64,000 nt of DNA, from IMG/VR virus record IMGVR_UViG_3300020050_017898; one strand, 5' to 3'. The stretch comes from an uncultured virus (IMG/VR IMGVR_UViG_3300020050_017898) (lineage: Duplodnaviria > Heunggongvirae > Uroviricota > Caudoviricetes). Positions 48,001-58,085 of the stretch are shown piece after piece; the first letter of the stretch is position 1; every line of letters begins with the position of its first letter. Position numbers and translations under genes: made by a program. The notes under the pieces were generated by a model that saw only the letters and a program-made list of their open reading frames with translations, did no database searches and was not told the DNA's origin.

Positions 48001-51000
48001 ATATCTCCTGATTGAATATTATAATTGCCGAAATTTATACTAGAAATAACTGTATTACTTCCAGCAACAGTAATCAAGTCATTGCTACCTACAATATCAC
48101 GATCAAATGTTCCAATAAATCTATCAAGATGCAATGATCTAAAAACATTTTGTTCAATAGTATTGTAACTTTCATTCCAATAATTTTGTCCTAATACTTC
48201 TTGACCATCAACAAATAAATGTAATTCATCACTATTATTTACAGTGTTAAGTTTCCAGCCAGCACCAATGTGATGTAGTTCATCAGCTTTCCAATCAGCA
48301 CAGTAATGAGAAATATTAGCTGCTTTACCTTTTTTATCATATACTTTGAAATTTAAAAATCCAAAACTATCAAAAAATAAACTCATTCTATTTTTGAATC
48401 CTGTATTTGAATCAAAAATGTATTTTTCATCATTAGCAACAAAATCTATTTGTCGATTTGGTCCACCATTACTATAGGTATATTTAAATCCTTTAGTGTT
48501 GGTTCGCATAGTTTCATTAGCATAACTAGCTTTAGTTACAGCATGAATTTTATACTCAGAAGATACTTCAATAGTTAATTGATCTCCTGGACCTATGCCA
48601 TTACCTTCGGTAGCAACAATTGACCATTTATTTATATCCAAATCTTTTGTCATATAAATAAAATAACCTATTTTATTAAAAGCTGGTTCACCAAAAATAA
48701 TACTATCCTTAGTAATAGTAAAATCTGAAAGCTCAGGGTTATACTCTTGTGCTCCTAAATAAATTAATTTATTATCAATTAAAGAACCATTTTTCTTAAT
48801 GATAATATGTAACTCAGCATTATTATCAAATATATTTTCTAAATTTTTTAACCAACAAGAAAATGTACCTTCTTCTAAATTAATATAAGAAGAAAAGGGC
48901 AATTTTATATGATCCGTATTAATAAATTTTGGGGCGAGATTATATTTGACTTTTTCTAGACCTGAATGATTAATATAAATATTACTATCATGCAAAAATG
49001 AATCGCCCAAAATCCATTGCTCAAATAAAGTTTCTTTTATTTCTGGATTTATATGAGTAATAGCATTTACCAAATTAGTAATAGCTTGTTTAGTACTTCC
49101 TAATAAGAAAGATGATAATCCGCCAAAAATAGCATCTCGGAATCTTTCTCGATCATAATCAGTGTCAAAAGATTGTAATTCTGGTACTTTTAACAAAGTA
49201 GCGAAATTGCTTAAACCTTCTCTTAAAGCTCCGGCTTTATAAGAAACATAATAAGTTGTTTCTGGCTCAACTGAACTTTCTCTAAAATCTAATACATTAT
49301 CTCCATATTCATAAGAAACAATGATTTCATCAACTAAATATTCATAATCTACAAATAAATCACCTATATTAAAATCAATAGCAAATCTAGTCAAATTATT
49401 AGCAGTTATAGTAAAATCTAAAGAAATTAATTCATTTACTGACCCAGTAGAAAGATATACTCTATATTGATCATTTACAATATCAAATGATGAATATACT
49501 TCTGTTAAAGTATTTTTTTGTTTACATGAAATAGTATAAGTAAAATCAGAATTAATGTAATCTGATTTTATTTGAGTATCAATATAATATTGATATCCAT
49601 CATATTGAGTTACAAAATCATCAGCAATTTTCCAATCATTAATTTTTACTTCTTGATCAGTAATTGTATAAGGAAAATTGATTGGAAAACTATTATTAAC
49701 TATATCTTGATAATTAAAAATTCCATTTATAGTAGCATTAGAAAAAATTTTAGTATCAACATCTACTGTCAATTTTCCATTAATATTAAATATAATAAAA
49801 TTATTAATTTCTAAAGTTAATTGTTGATTTAATTCTTTTAATTCTATTTGATTATCTAGAATAGTACCAAAATCAAATTTTTCAAGATTAATATTTTCGA
49901 TGTTTTGTTTTCTATTTATACCAAATACATTTGTAATATGTTTATTAGTTGTTTGAATATAAGAATAACGATAGTCTATATTGCCAATGTTATAATTTTG
50001 AACATTATCAACTGCTACGTAAACAATACCATTATTGTAATCAATACAATATTCACCCACATTTAGCGATAAACTTGTGTTAATATCAACAAAAAATCTT
50101 TCTTTTTTAAAAATATTTGTATTAGAAAAACTTACAGAAGTATTGACAGAATATCCAATACCATTTTGGGTTTGACTTACTATGTTTACATTTGATAAAA
50201 ATATTTTAAAAGTTGTATTGGTATAATTTAAACTATCACTTACAATTAATACTTCATTAATAGAAGTAAAATCAACTCTTTCATTTTTAACTGTACTAAC
50301 ATTAGGCGAATTAGTTCCATTTACATAAATTTTATTACCAGCAAATCTACTAGCTTCATATATTTCACCGGATGTTTCATTATAAATTCTAAAAACTCCT
50401 GTAATAGGCGTATTTTTAGCAAAAAACACGTTTGGATATTTATATCTATTTTCTACTCTTTCATTTAATGATTCTAAATGTAAATTGCTTTTATAATCAA
50501 TATTTTGCACTAAAGTATTTTCATAATTATATGAAATATAAGCTTGGTTATTTAATAGGTTACCTTTTGGTAATGCAACTAAATCATTTAAACTAGCAGT
50601 GTCTGTGGCTTGATCATCAAAAACATAATCAATTTCAGGAGTAAACACATTCTTATGATAATATGAAATAGTTGGTGGAATATCTCCTGTACCATCATTG
50701 CTGCTTGCCCCGTAGACATAAATTTTACCATTATTATAATCTACACAATATTGACCAACTTTAGTTGGAAGATTAGCTAGATCAAATTGTATTTCTTCTA
50801 GAAAAGCTGGATGACTAGAAGTAAAATCTATATTGTTAGTAATAGTTAATCCACCAATAATGATTGAATTTCCATTAATATCAGTAATAGGATTAAATCT
50901 TGTATCAAACACATTTATTATAGCAGGAATTTCTTCTCTAATAGATTCTACTATTGAATATACTTGCAATGTATTTAAATCAATAATTTTACCTAAATTA

Positions 51001-51989
51001 TTAACAAAATATTCTATTTCTACTCTAAATATATTATTTAAATCAAAAGCCGGATCTAATAGTACATTATCACTTAATTTAAACTGTGAATCAGATAAAG
51101 TCAGATTAGTAAAACTATTATCATCATATTTACTTTCCAATAATTGATATCCTAATTTATTAAAATCATAATCAAAATTAGGAACATCATTGATAAAAGT
51201 AAAAGATAATTTTGAAATCTTAATAAGATTTCTATCTAAATTAAAAACTAAATTATTTTTATCAAAAACTGTAAAAAAAGAGCTATCTTGTACACTAACT
51301 ATGAGTGACTTAGAGATTTGACCCAATGATAAAACACTATCTTTGAATTCTTCAATTAGAATTTTTTCAAATTTACTTGTATTAGTAGGAGTTAGTCCGA
51401 CTCTAGTAACTAAGTAAGCCCCTTCATTATCTAACCGGTCAAATCCAGATAATCCACGGGTTTTTTCTTCATCAACTGTATCATAAGATAAAAATCTATC
51501 ACTTTTTATCTGATTAGTTTCTTGAACTAATTTTACTAATTCTTGAGAAGAACCTTTTAGATATTTACCAATAAAAGTATCATTATTGTTAATATCATAA
51601 ATATTATCTTTAAAATAAGATTTATAATAATCAAATACTTTATTATCAATATCCGTCGGACCAAATATTCTTAATAAATTATTAATATTATCTTCTAATA
51701 AAATATATTGATTATCTCTACTAAGGAATCTATTATCAACTGTAGATTTAATTATTAGTTTATAAACACTATTATATGTTAGTGGACTAACATTTAGTAT
51801 AACACATTTAGATTTATCTGGGTCAGATAACCTTACTTCTACTAAAGTGATAACTGGATCTGGCGTTCCTATTGTTTCTGAAGTAAGTAAGAAATTAGCA
51901 GCAGTAATGTTTTGAGTTACTTTTTCATTGAAGTAAACTTCTATAGTATTTGTAGTAACTTTGCTATCTACTATTCTTAAATTTTTCAT
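45024..51989 (-). CDS. Giant baseplate wedge-like protein with LamG-like domains (2321 aa)
   Basis: Follows baseplate J; two EGTxSxW...H.....(W/Y)...L.(V/L)DG LamG-like units; ends LIKPASSRVYIKY. Confidence 0.75.
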   Translation of the reverse strand: MKNLRIVDSKVTTNTIEVYFNEKVTQNITAANFLLTSETIGTPDPVITLVEVRLSDPDKSKCVILNVSPLTYNSVYKLIIKSTVDNRFLSRDNQYILLEDNINNLLRIFGPTDIDNKVFDYYKSYFKDNIYDINNNDTFIGKYLKGSSQELVKLVQETNQIKSDRFLSYDTVDEEKTRGLSGFDRLDNEGAYLVTRVGLTPTNTSKFEKILIEEFKDSVLSLGQISKSLIVSVQDSSFFTVFDKNNLVFNLDRNLIKISKLSFTFINDVPNFDYDFNKLGYQLLESKYDDNSFTNLTLSDSQFKLSDNVLLDPAFDLNNIFRVEIEYFVNNLGKIIDLNTLQVYSIVESIREEIPAIINVFDTRFNPITDINGNSIIIGGLTITNNIDFTSSHPAFLEEIQFDLANLPTKVGQYCVDYNNGKIYVYGASSNDGTGDIPPTISYYHKNVFTPEIDYVFDDQATDTASLNDLVALPKGNLLNNQAYISYNYENTLVQNIDYKSNLHLESLNERVENRYKYPNVFFAKNTPITGVFRIYNETSGEIYEASRFAGNKIYVNGTNSPNVSTVKNERVDFTSINEVLIVSDSLNYTNTTFKIFLSNVNIVSQTQNGIGYSVNTSVSFSNTNIFKKERFFVDINTSLSLNVGEYCIDYNNGIVYVAVDNVQNYNIGNIDYRYSYIQTTNKHITNVFGINRKQNIENINLEKFDFGTILDNQIELKELNQQLTLEINNFIIFNINGKLTVDVDTKIFSNATINGIFNYQDIVNNSFPINFPYTITDQEVKINDWKIADDFVTQYDGYQYYIDTQIKSDYINSDFTYTISCKQKNTLTEVYSSFDIVNDQYRVYLSTGSVNELISLDFTITANNLTRFAIDFNIGDLFVDYEYLVDEIIVSYEYGDNVLDFRESSVEPETTYYVSYKAGALREGLSNFATLLKVPELQSFDTDYDRERFRDAIFGGLSSFLLGSTKQAITNLVNAITHINPEIKETLFEQWILGDSFLHDSNIYINHSGLEKVKYNLAPKFINTDHIKLPFSSYINLEEGTFSCWLKNLENIFDNNAELHIIIKKNGSLIDNKLIYLGAQEYNPELSDFTITKDSIIFGEPAFNKIGYFIYMTKDLDINKWSIVATEGNGIGPGDQLTIEVSSEYKIHAVTKASYANETMRTNTKGFKYTYSNGGPNRQIDFVANDEKYIFDSNTGFKNRMSLFFDSFGFLNFKVYDKKGKAANISHYCADWKADELHHIGAGWKLNTVNNSDELHLFVDGQEVLGQNYWNESYNTIEQNVFRSLHLDRFIGTFDRDIVGSNDLITVAGSNTVISSINFGNYNIQSGDIIYINENGLSPGGYSISSVNGQSLILTTPINLSFTNARFSVNKATLTLGTKDWVYPDLAVLKGETKLFNFGSINNDGYFVSPSNDLSSISSGDYLFIDNQLVAITSVIPNIATISPIIDPVNNVPFYIYSKDLIELNGRKAINPDYQTDGYQIIITNNISTNDIVMVGTLGMNTERNIGKYYIWSNDSENIIRTRMPSPIDLDSVRVKKIIKEIGISASTNNASEIGGEFHWETNNENYFTSPSVSGRSLTLTLSGNSNLDFGSGPTTISVDGYDVDGYAINISHNFTNIGSISFVDKFIEITSIEVDGYIQASNKPWANVEVSETYWITVPEDGDLYPELKYSYVIKDGFDLQSDGYALTDQNVFFSYSDKNNYIYIVEPPGQGGIYKITDVLDNHTIFTSPVINQIFSNGKYQILRATEDRTGFQNGYFTFQQAFAPGKSYYLTEGFYKFDYHSRLNLDYESNDNFIVGNSFNLSNPIKGVLDQIKINNILLEDTRIGEPMNNKSITADFNSLKALKQDSSTLLLLQGLNNISDFYDRNKNKKLFYTNHKINSNFGDSIHVVKPIEISNEGIFNTKEGTISFWMSPINDTYHDNRDGYYFDFYGAIVEEILSSDRNTIQLKNKASKILKIETLSSNEDYFLNGEITTTIDDAITEIIELNASQYNFVASAPVQQIISIKRKNSISNFDYFDGGYIAQDRVTIYLGTIPAETEDYIVIYKPLNANVSPDKQIVKLGKSLPSDVMNVKVTYLPLKFNGDRMSFYKTKKGDLVYEVTASNKSASITVPAVWNSGSWHKVKLSYSMKNSVNDTISMWLDGYQQSNTFEYDTTFNQSPYDGYMPSSFGNVVNYNNISTTLNFTDQINILVFGSTNTFTKKMQFLLDDLKFTNKYNDGYYFAGEKLDLSFSKNLKSVVPSVNDLYTTYLLSGNTIKTISENFSYLRGKNSINNDFYLNIFDSFDIVKSNDRVKLILEKLIKLIKPASSRVYIKYLG

Positions 51990-51991
51990 AT

Positions 51992-54900
51992 TTACCTAGA
52001 TTCTACATTGATTATCACATTATTAGCTATGAAGTATTCATCTTTTTGAGCAGTAATTGATAACACCTGACCTGTTTCATCATTTTTATTAAAACCAATT
52101 ACTCTTACCCGATCTATACCATCAATAGAGTAAGCTACACTCACTAAATCACTACTATCTATGGTGCCGCCAAGCGTTTCACTATTGAGGTTATTTATTA
52201 AAGCATCTCTTAAATTTTGAACAACTGTATTAACACTACCTTGAAAACCATTTACTAAAACAATATTCATTGTAACATTAATACCAATTTGTTTGGCTTC
52301 TTTAGCTAAAACATCTGCATTGATTGGTCTGATATTTTCAATAGCTTTAGTTACATCGTTAACTAATTTATTATAATTATATCTAATTACAATTCTTTCA
52401 TTGGTTTTTGGAGCAATATAATCATAGTATGCTCTGTATCTAGAATTTAATCCTGGTTGGTTTAAATTAGTTACCGATATTCTGCTGTTTACTGTACTTT
52501 TAAAACCACTAATAGTTTTAATATTTTTTATTACCATAAAGTTTTTATTAGTATAAAGTATCCCCGGTCGAACAAATGATAATATTTCACTATCATTTAC
52601 TTTCATTAAATAAACGATAATTTTTAATCTGTCACCAATTTGTGGGATAAAAACATTAGAACCATCATTCAATGTGTTGGTGATAGTATCATTTAGATTA
52701 AATTCTATATCTGATAAAGTCAAATTTTTGTTTAGTTGGCTATAAATATTATTTTTAATTTCACAAAAATTAAGATCATATACATTATTTATACTTAAAA
52801 TTTGCTCGCTAGTAGCCGCAATAGTATTTACTTTTGCTAGATATTTAATATCAATAATTTGATAACCAGTTAAATTTTTAGCTCTTAATATTTCATTAAT
52901 ATTTTGTTTTAAGCCAGTATTAGTAGCCGTAAATACTCCCTCTAATTTTAGAACAGAGTCTCCATTTATTTGTATTACACCATTATTAATATTTTGGTCT
53001 ATTAAATTAATACCTAATTTTGTTGATGTGGCTCGCATTTTATTATTTCTAAATAAAGTTAGGATAACCTTATCACCACTATTTACAGTATTTTTATCAA
53101 AATATATTCTCCCTATACTCGCATCGTATTCAATTGTATTTGACAAGTCTTTATTACTAATCAATCTGGTTAATAATATATTTTGTTCAGTCAAATCATC
53201 ATGAATAAATAGATTTAAGCTAGTAATATAAATAGAAGCATTATATTCACCTTTAAATGTTCCTTTAGTAACTTTTATCTTTTTATTTTTTATCATTTCA
53301 TTGGTGAAAGGGGTAGATAAACTAAATAATGTTCCACTACCATCAGTATAACCATCTGTGTAAGAACTATAGATTTCCCCAGTAAATCCATCAACAATAC
53401 TAAAGTAAATTCCTGATTCATTTAAGGAAATAGTAGTGTTACTTATGTCTATATAATTCCTATCAGTACTTACATCATAAAGCCAACTTTTAACATTACA
53501 ATAAATTACTCTATTACTGAACATCGCTGGTTGAAATAAATTTTTATATTTTTGATTATATAACACCACCACATTATCTTGATTATTAGCCCCTACAGTG
53601 TTATCTATCATTACTCTATATTTACCATCATTTACTACAACTGTACAACCAGTTACATAAGAAGCATTAGTACTAATATTAAAAATATCAACTATATCAT
53701 ATCCATCTACAATTGAAATATCTGAAAAACATTCAAGATCAATGTAATATTGAAGAGAAATATTCTGTTGAACTTTAGCACTTTCTCTTGTTATCACACA
53801 ATTGTTTAAATTGTTAATCGGTATATTTGGATTATTATTAAACCCATTGCCTACTCTAAATGTAGGTAGATTAGAAACATCATTAGATACTAATTCATTT
53901 ATTTTAGCAATATAAACGACTTCTAATCTTAGTTCTGATAAAGCAGAAATTTCTGGATTGGAAGGTATAGTAATAATATTATTGTTAAATGTACTATTTT
54001 CTAATAAAGATAATTTATTATATTTTACATAGGCTCTATCTCCCGCCTGACCATTTGTATCTGTAGGTAAAAATACATAGGCTGAATTATCTAGATTATT
54101 AATAAAAAATCCATCATTGAGGGTAGTATTATAAACCTCTGTATTGCCATACACACTATTAACATCAGTAATTAATGAAATTAAAGATAGATAACAATAT
54201 TTTCTATTGAATAGTGTACCGCTAAAATCTTGTTCGATTTCAGAAATAGCTAGCAAATATTTATTAATAGAAATTAAACTAGAAACATTGTTGCTAGCAA
54301 TGGCTGTATAAAAATTACCAGAAACATCTTTAACGAATCGTATTTCTTCAGTAGTTAACGCGGAATATCCCCAATCAATACTATCATTTACTGATCTTTT
54401 ATTGTTGGTATTAACTTTGCCATCAAAGTCATAATAATTATCATAATCTATTATCCAATTATAATCTACTTGGAGAGTGTCTGTAGCCCTTGGTAGGGTC
54501 TTTCCACTGATTTGAACCCTACCAGTTGAATTACTAGTTCCACCATCAGGGTTTTGATTTACGATCAAATACCGCTCACCTGTATTAGTATTAAATACTC
54601 TAGATACACTTGTGGCTGGTGTATGAAGCAATTGAATAAATCTATTATCAGATAATATGGTACTATTTTCATTTGTGACAGCTAAATTTTGTGTAATCTT
54701 ATTAAATTTAATAACATCAGTAAAATTTACTTTATCTTGACCAAATGGCTGCCCTTTTAGTTTATCTTCAGAAAAGTTATTAATGTAATTGCTAATCCAA
54801 TGAAATTTATCAGTAGCAAATGGTGATCCTGCAAAATTGCCAGAATCTTTTATTATTTCATAATTACCAGATATTCTCCCAAATTCATCAATAGATTTGG

Positions 54901-55960
54901 GTAGAAAATTAGAACCTGATTGTGATCCGGTAATTTCTATTACATCATTAACTGGTTGTAGTGGAAATAATCCTAACTGATTACTTTGAAATCTTTTACG
55001 ATTAATGGTAGTACCATTAATTTCAGGTATCTGACCAAGAATTACATCATTTAAGGCGCTACTAGCATTAGTAGTATTACTTTTATCTTTATAAATAAAA
55101 GATTCTGTATTTTCTTGAGGATTTTTTCCTAAGACTAATACATCTACTTTTCCACCGGTACCTTCACTAATTATTTCTCTGGTACCATCATCATGTATTT
55201 CCACTACAGTACCATCTCTAGTCATTAAAGGATCACCTGGTTCAATTACCAAAGCATCACTAACTCCTAATACACTAGTAGCAGCTGAACTATAGCCAAG
55301 ATTAGTTCCTGTTGAGGCGCCATTCAAACTAGAAATAAATCTATTTTTTAGAACAGAATCTGTTTCGGAATCTCTTCCATTTTCAAACGGAAGAATATTT
55401 GTAGCATTATTAACATTAGAAATATTGGAACGATTTATTCCGTATTTAGAAATATTTCCAATAGTACCAGGAGAGGTACTCTGTACTGATACCTCAACTG
55501 CATAAATATCAGTGATACCCAAAAAATCTAAATCATTTTTATATTTTAATGCTACACTTTTATAAAAATTACCATTTTTAACACTAACAGTAGTGCCATT
55601 TAATACAGAAAATGATAAACCATTAGAAGAATAAAGTAATTGCCCCGGATTAATAGCAAAATCTGCAAAAATATTACTAAAAGTAACTAATGCTACCCCT
55701 GTTGATGAAACTGAATTTTTTCTACTGATACCAAAATTTTTAACATAGTTATCAATATCAATACCATTCAAATCTTTGAATGACAGTTGACTACTAACTA
55801 AACCCAATTGATCATAATATGCAGATAATTGAGTAGCGGGAGCATCAATTAAAATATCTCTAATAACAGTGGCTGGCTTAGTATCAGCATCAGGTTGAGC
55901 CAATTTAATAAAGTCAATAAAATCTTGAATAATAGTTTGTAGATTTTTTGTTCTAGCCAT
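51992..55960 (-). CDS. Baseplate J-like (gp6-type) protein
   Basis: PGTIGN...GRDSETDSVLKNR...GT..GY...VLGVSDA, GGKVDV; C-terminal IDGIDRV. Confidence 0.88.
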   Translation of the reverse strand: MARTKNLQTIIQDFIDFIKLAQPDADTKPATVIRDILIDAPATQLSAYYDQLGLVSSQLSFKDLNGIDIDNYVKNFGISRKNSVSSTGVALVTFSNIFADFAINPGQLLYSSNGLSFSVLNGTTVSVKNGNFYKSVALKYKNDLDFLGITDIYAVEVSVQSTSPGTIGNISKYGINRSNISNVNNATNILPFENGRDSETDSVLKNRFISSLNGASTGTNLGYSSAATSVLGVSDALVIEPGDPLMTRDGTVVEIHDDGTREIISEGTGGKVDVLVLGKNPQENTESFIYKDKSNTTNASSALNDVILGQIPEINGTTINRKRFQSNQLGLFPLQPVNDVIEITGSQSGSNFLPKSIDEFGRISGNYEIIKDSGNFAGSPFATDKFHWISNYINNFSEDKLKGQPFGQDKVNFTDVIKFNKITQNLAVTNENSTILSDNRFIQLLHTPATSVSRVFNTNTGERYLIVNQNPDGGTSNSTGRVQISGKTLPRATDTLQVDYNWIIDYDNYYDFDGKVNTNNKRSVNDSIDWGYSALTTEEIRFVKDVSGNFYTAIASNNVSSLISINKYLLAISEIEQDFSGTLFNRKYCYLSLISLITDVNSVYGNTEVYNTTLNDGFFINNLDNSAYVFLPTDTNGQAGDRAYVKYNKLSLLENSTFNNNIITIPSNPEISALSELRLEVVYIAKINELVSNDVSNLPTFRVGNGFNNNPNIPINNLNNCVITRESAKVQQNISLQYYIDLECFSDISIVDGYDIVDIFNISTNASYVTGCTVVVNDGKYRVMIDNTVGANNQDNVVVLYNQKYKNLFQPAMFSNRVIYCNVKSWLYDVSTDRNYIDISNTTISLNESGIYFSIVDGFTGEIYSSYTDGYTDGSGTLFSLSTPFTNEMIKNKKIKVTKGTFKGEYNASIYITSLNLFIHDDLTEQNILLTRLISNKDLSNTIEYDASIGRIYFDKNTVNSGDKVILTLFRNNKMRATSTKLGINLIDQNINNGVIQINGDSVLKLEGVFTATNTGLKQNINEILRAKNLTGYQIIDIKYLAKVNTIAATSEQILSINNVYDLNFCEIKNNIYSQLNKNLTLSDIEFNLNDTITNTLNDGSNVFIPQIGDRLKIIVYLMKVNDSEILSFVRPGILYTNKNFMVIKNIKTISGFKSTVNSRISVTNLNQPGLNSRYRAYYDYIAPKTNERIVIRYNYNKLVNDVTKAIENIRPINADVLAKEAKQIGINVTMNIVLVNGFQGSVNTVVQNLRDALINNLNSETLGGTIDSSDLVSVAYSIDGIDRVRVIGFNKNDETGQVLSITAQKDEYFIANNVIINVESR

Positions 55961-55968
55961 CTTAACCT

Positions 55969-56406
55969 TTAGGGAGACAATTCAAATTCAGTATATAAAG
56001 TTTTTAAACTTTTGGTAAGTGTTTTTATTTTAACAATTATCATAGTTGGATCATTGGGGTTTTGATCTACAGAAATACCAACTATTGCCGCCAATTGTTC
56101 ATTTAAAGACATGTTTTGACCAGTCCTTAATTGAGCTTCCTGTAAACTTTTTAAGTTTTCTAAAGCTTTTATTAACTGCATCTTGCCTAAATTATTAATA
56201 ATATCTTGATCTATAATAGAACCAATAAGACTTTTGCTAAAATACGAACCATACCAAGGTTGAAGTGGATTACTACCAACATCTACATAGCATATTTTAA
56301 GAATATCTTGAATTAATTTATCTTGACTTTCAACTTTAACTACATCTCCATTTTTTATGGAGAAATCACCATCAATTAATTTGATATCAAAAGACATTCT
56401 CACCAC
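55969..56406 (-). CDS. gp25-like baseplate protein / sheath initiator
   Basis: Q.ILK....GSNPLQPWYGS motif, directly upstream of J. Confidence 0.8.
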   Translation of the reverse strand: MVRMSFDIKLIDGDFSIKNGDVVKVESQDKLIQDILKICYVDVGSNPLQPWYGSYFSKSLIGSIIDQDIINNLGKMQLIKALENLKSLQEAQLRTGQNMSLNEQLAAIVGISVDQNPNDPTMIIVKIKTLTKSLKTLYTEFELSP

Positions 56407-56417
56407 TCATTCTAAAT

Positions 56418-58085
56418 TTATCCTGTATTAATTTGCACATCTTTCCATAATGAATCTACTATATCATATAAATTCTTGATGGTGTTAGCAAAGCTATCAT
56501 AAGCCTCACCTATATCTAATCTTGTGCCTAACTCTTTAAAAGATAAAACTGACATTCTTTCAATAGCTAAATCATCTATTAGTCCAATTAATGCTGACTT
56601 ATCTACTAAGTAAAGACTGTAATAAACTACTAAAATATCTATTAATCCTAGTCCAGAAAATTCTCCCATAATGATTTCAATAGTAGATAAAGCCTTGTTA
56701 GCTTTTTCACATTCACTATTTCTTATTGAAACAGCCTGATCTAGTGATGTTTTAACAATACTTTTTAAGCTTTCTTTATTTTCTGGGCTAGCCACAGAAT
56801 CAAATGATGAAAAGGCAAAAATTCCTTGATTAACATTAATTGTTTCATTAGGTAACCTAGAAATACTTTGGGAAAGAACATATTTACTAAACATTTCTGC
56901 AATAGCAGTATCTGCGGGCGTATTTAAATTATCTGTGTCTAACACATTTATTTCATTAGTTTTAGATCCAAATTCGGGTCCCCTTTTGTCTGGCGTAGGT
57001 ATCCAATGATATGTGTCTCTTGTTTCTTTAACAATATTTTTAGCTTGAGAAAGCTTTTTAAGTATTGATTTAGTTGTAGATAAGAATTCAATTAATTTTG
57101 ATTGATCATCTATATTATAAACTTTTCCCGTATAAATCTTTTCTAATATTTCATTTTCCTGAATGTTTTCAAATTGTTTAAAAAATGAAACAGTTACATC
57201 TAATGGTTTAGATGCAGTAAATGCTTGCTTTTGATTTTCTTGTTGATAAAACCTATCTCTGATCACTTTCTCTATTAAAGGACGTTTAAGAAAAACATCT
57301 TCTGTAATTTGAGTTTTTGTTTTATTTTCAACAAAAGGCACACAAATTTTTCTAGAACTAGGCTGTGTGGTTTGATCAATTCTGGGATCAACCAAAAATG
57401 GCTGCATTAAATGATATCTTTTATTTAAATTATTAGTATCTTTAGTATTAGCAGTAATAGCTATTCCATCTGAGTCTGTACCAAAACTATAATCTAACAG
57501 ATATGTACCATTAGGATCTTGTTCAATTGGATCACGATAAAAATTTTCGGTATAACCTTGCGACTCAATTAAATTATAATTTTCTGGATTTAACTCATTT
57601 CTTACACAAGAAGAAAATTGCCTGATATTATAAGATGATAAAGCGATAACACTTGAAGTAATATCTTGTCTGGCAAAGATAGGGGCAATTGTCTGAGAAT
57701 AATAATTTTCTCTGAAAGAAGAAACTTTATAAAATAAAGGGTCCATTTGTTTTAATAAATTAATTCTTTTTTCTACTTCATCTTTATTGCCATTTAAATC
57801 TTTAAAAAACCCTGGACTATAAAAATCAAAACTAGATGATAACACGGGTAATCCAACTAGTCTATAAAAAGCATGACAACGACTTTCTGAACTAGTATTA
57901 CTAACATTCAGTTCAGTTTTATTGGCTCCAAAATTAGATATTTTAATCTTAGAAAAATTTAAACTAAGAATAGATGAGATTGGTGTGAGACTTCTAATCT
58001 CATCTATTTCTCTAATAAAATCATTATAGAGTTTATCTATATCAATTTCATATTCTTCATTACCAGCATCAATTACATTACTCAT
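56418..58085 (-). CDS. Hypothetical virion protein
   Basis: 555 aa inside baseplate operon. Confidence 0.7.
   Translation of the reverse strand: MSNVIDAGNEEYEIDIDKLYNDFIREIDEIRSLTPISSILSLNFSKIKISNFGANKTELNVSNTSSESRCHAFYRLVGLPVLSSSFDFYSPGFFKDLNGNKDEVEKRINLLKQMDPLFYKVSSFRENYYSQTIAPIFARQDITSSVIALSSYNIRQFSSCVRNELNPENYNLIESQGYTENFYRDPIEQDPNGTYLLDYSFGTDSDGIAITANTKDTNNLNKRYHLMQPFLVDPRIDQTTQPSSRKICVPFVENKTKTQITEDVFLKRPLIEKVIRDRFYQQENQKQAFTASKPLDVTVSFFKQFENIQENEILEKIYTGKVYNIDDQSKLIEFLSTTKSILKKLSQAKNIVKETRDTYHWIPTPDKRGPEFGSKTNEINVLDTDNLNTPADTAIAEMFSKYVLSQSISRLPNETINVNQGIFAFSSFDSVASPENKESLKSIVKTSLDQAVSIRNSECEKANKALSTIEIIMGEFSGLGLIDILVVYYSLYLVDKSALIGLIDDLAIERMSVLSFKELGTRLDIGEAYDSFANTIKNLYDIVDSLWKDVQINTG

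Noticed and set aside
45024..51989. DGY recurrences as a DNA repeat, CRISPR or DGR target
   Set aside because: Synonymous codons vary, spacing is irregular, flanks are unrelated, and no reverse transcriptase or cas gene is in the window
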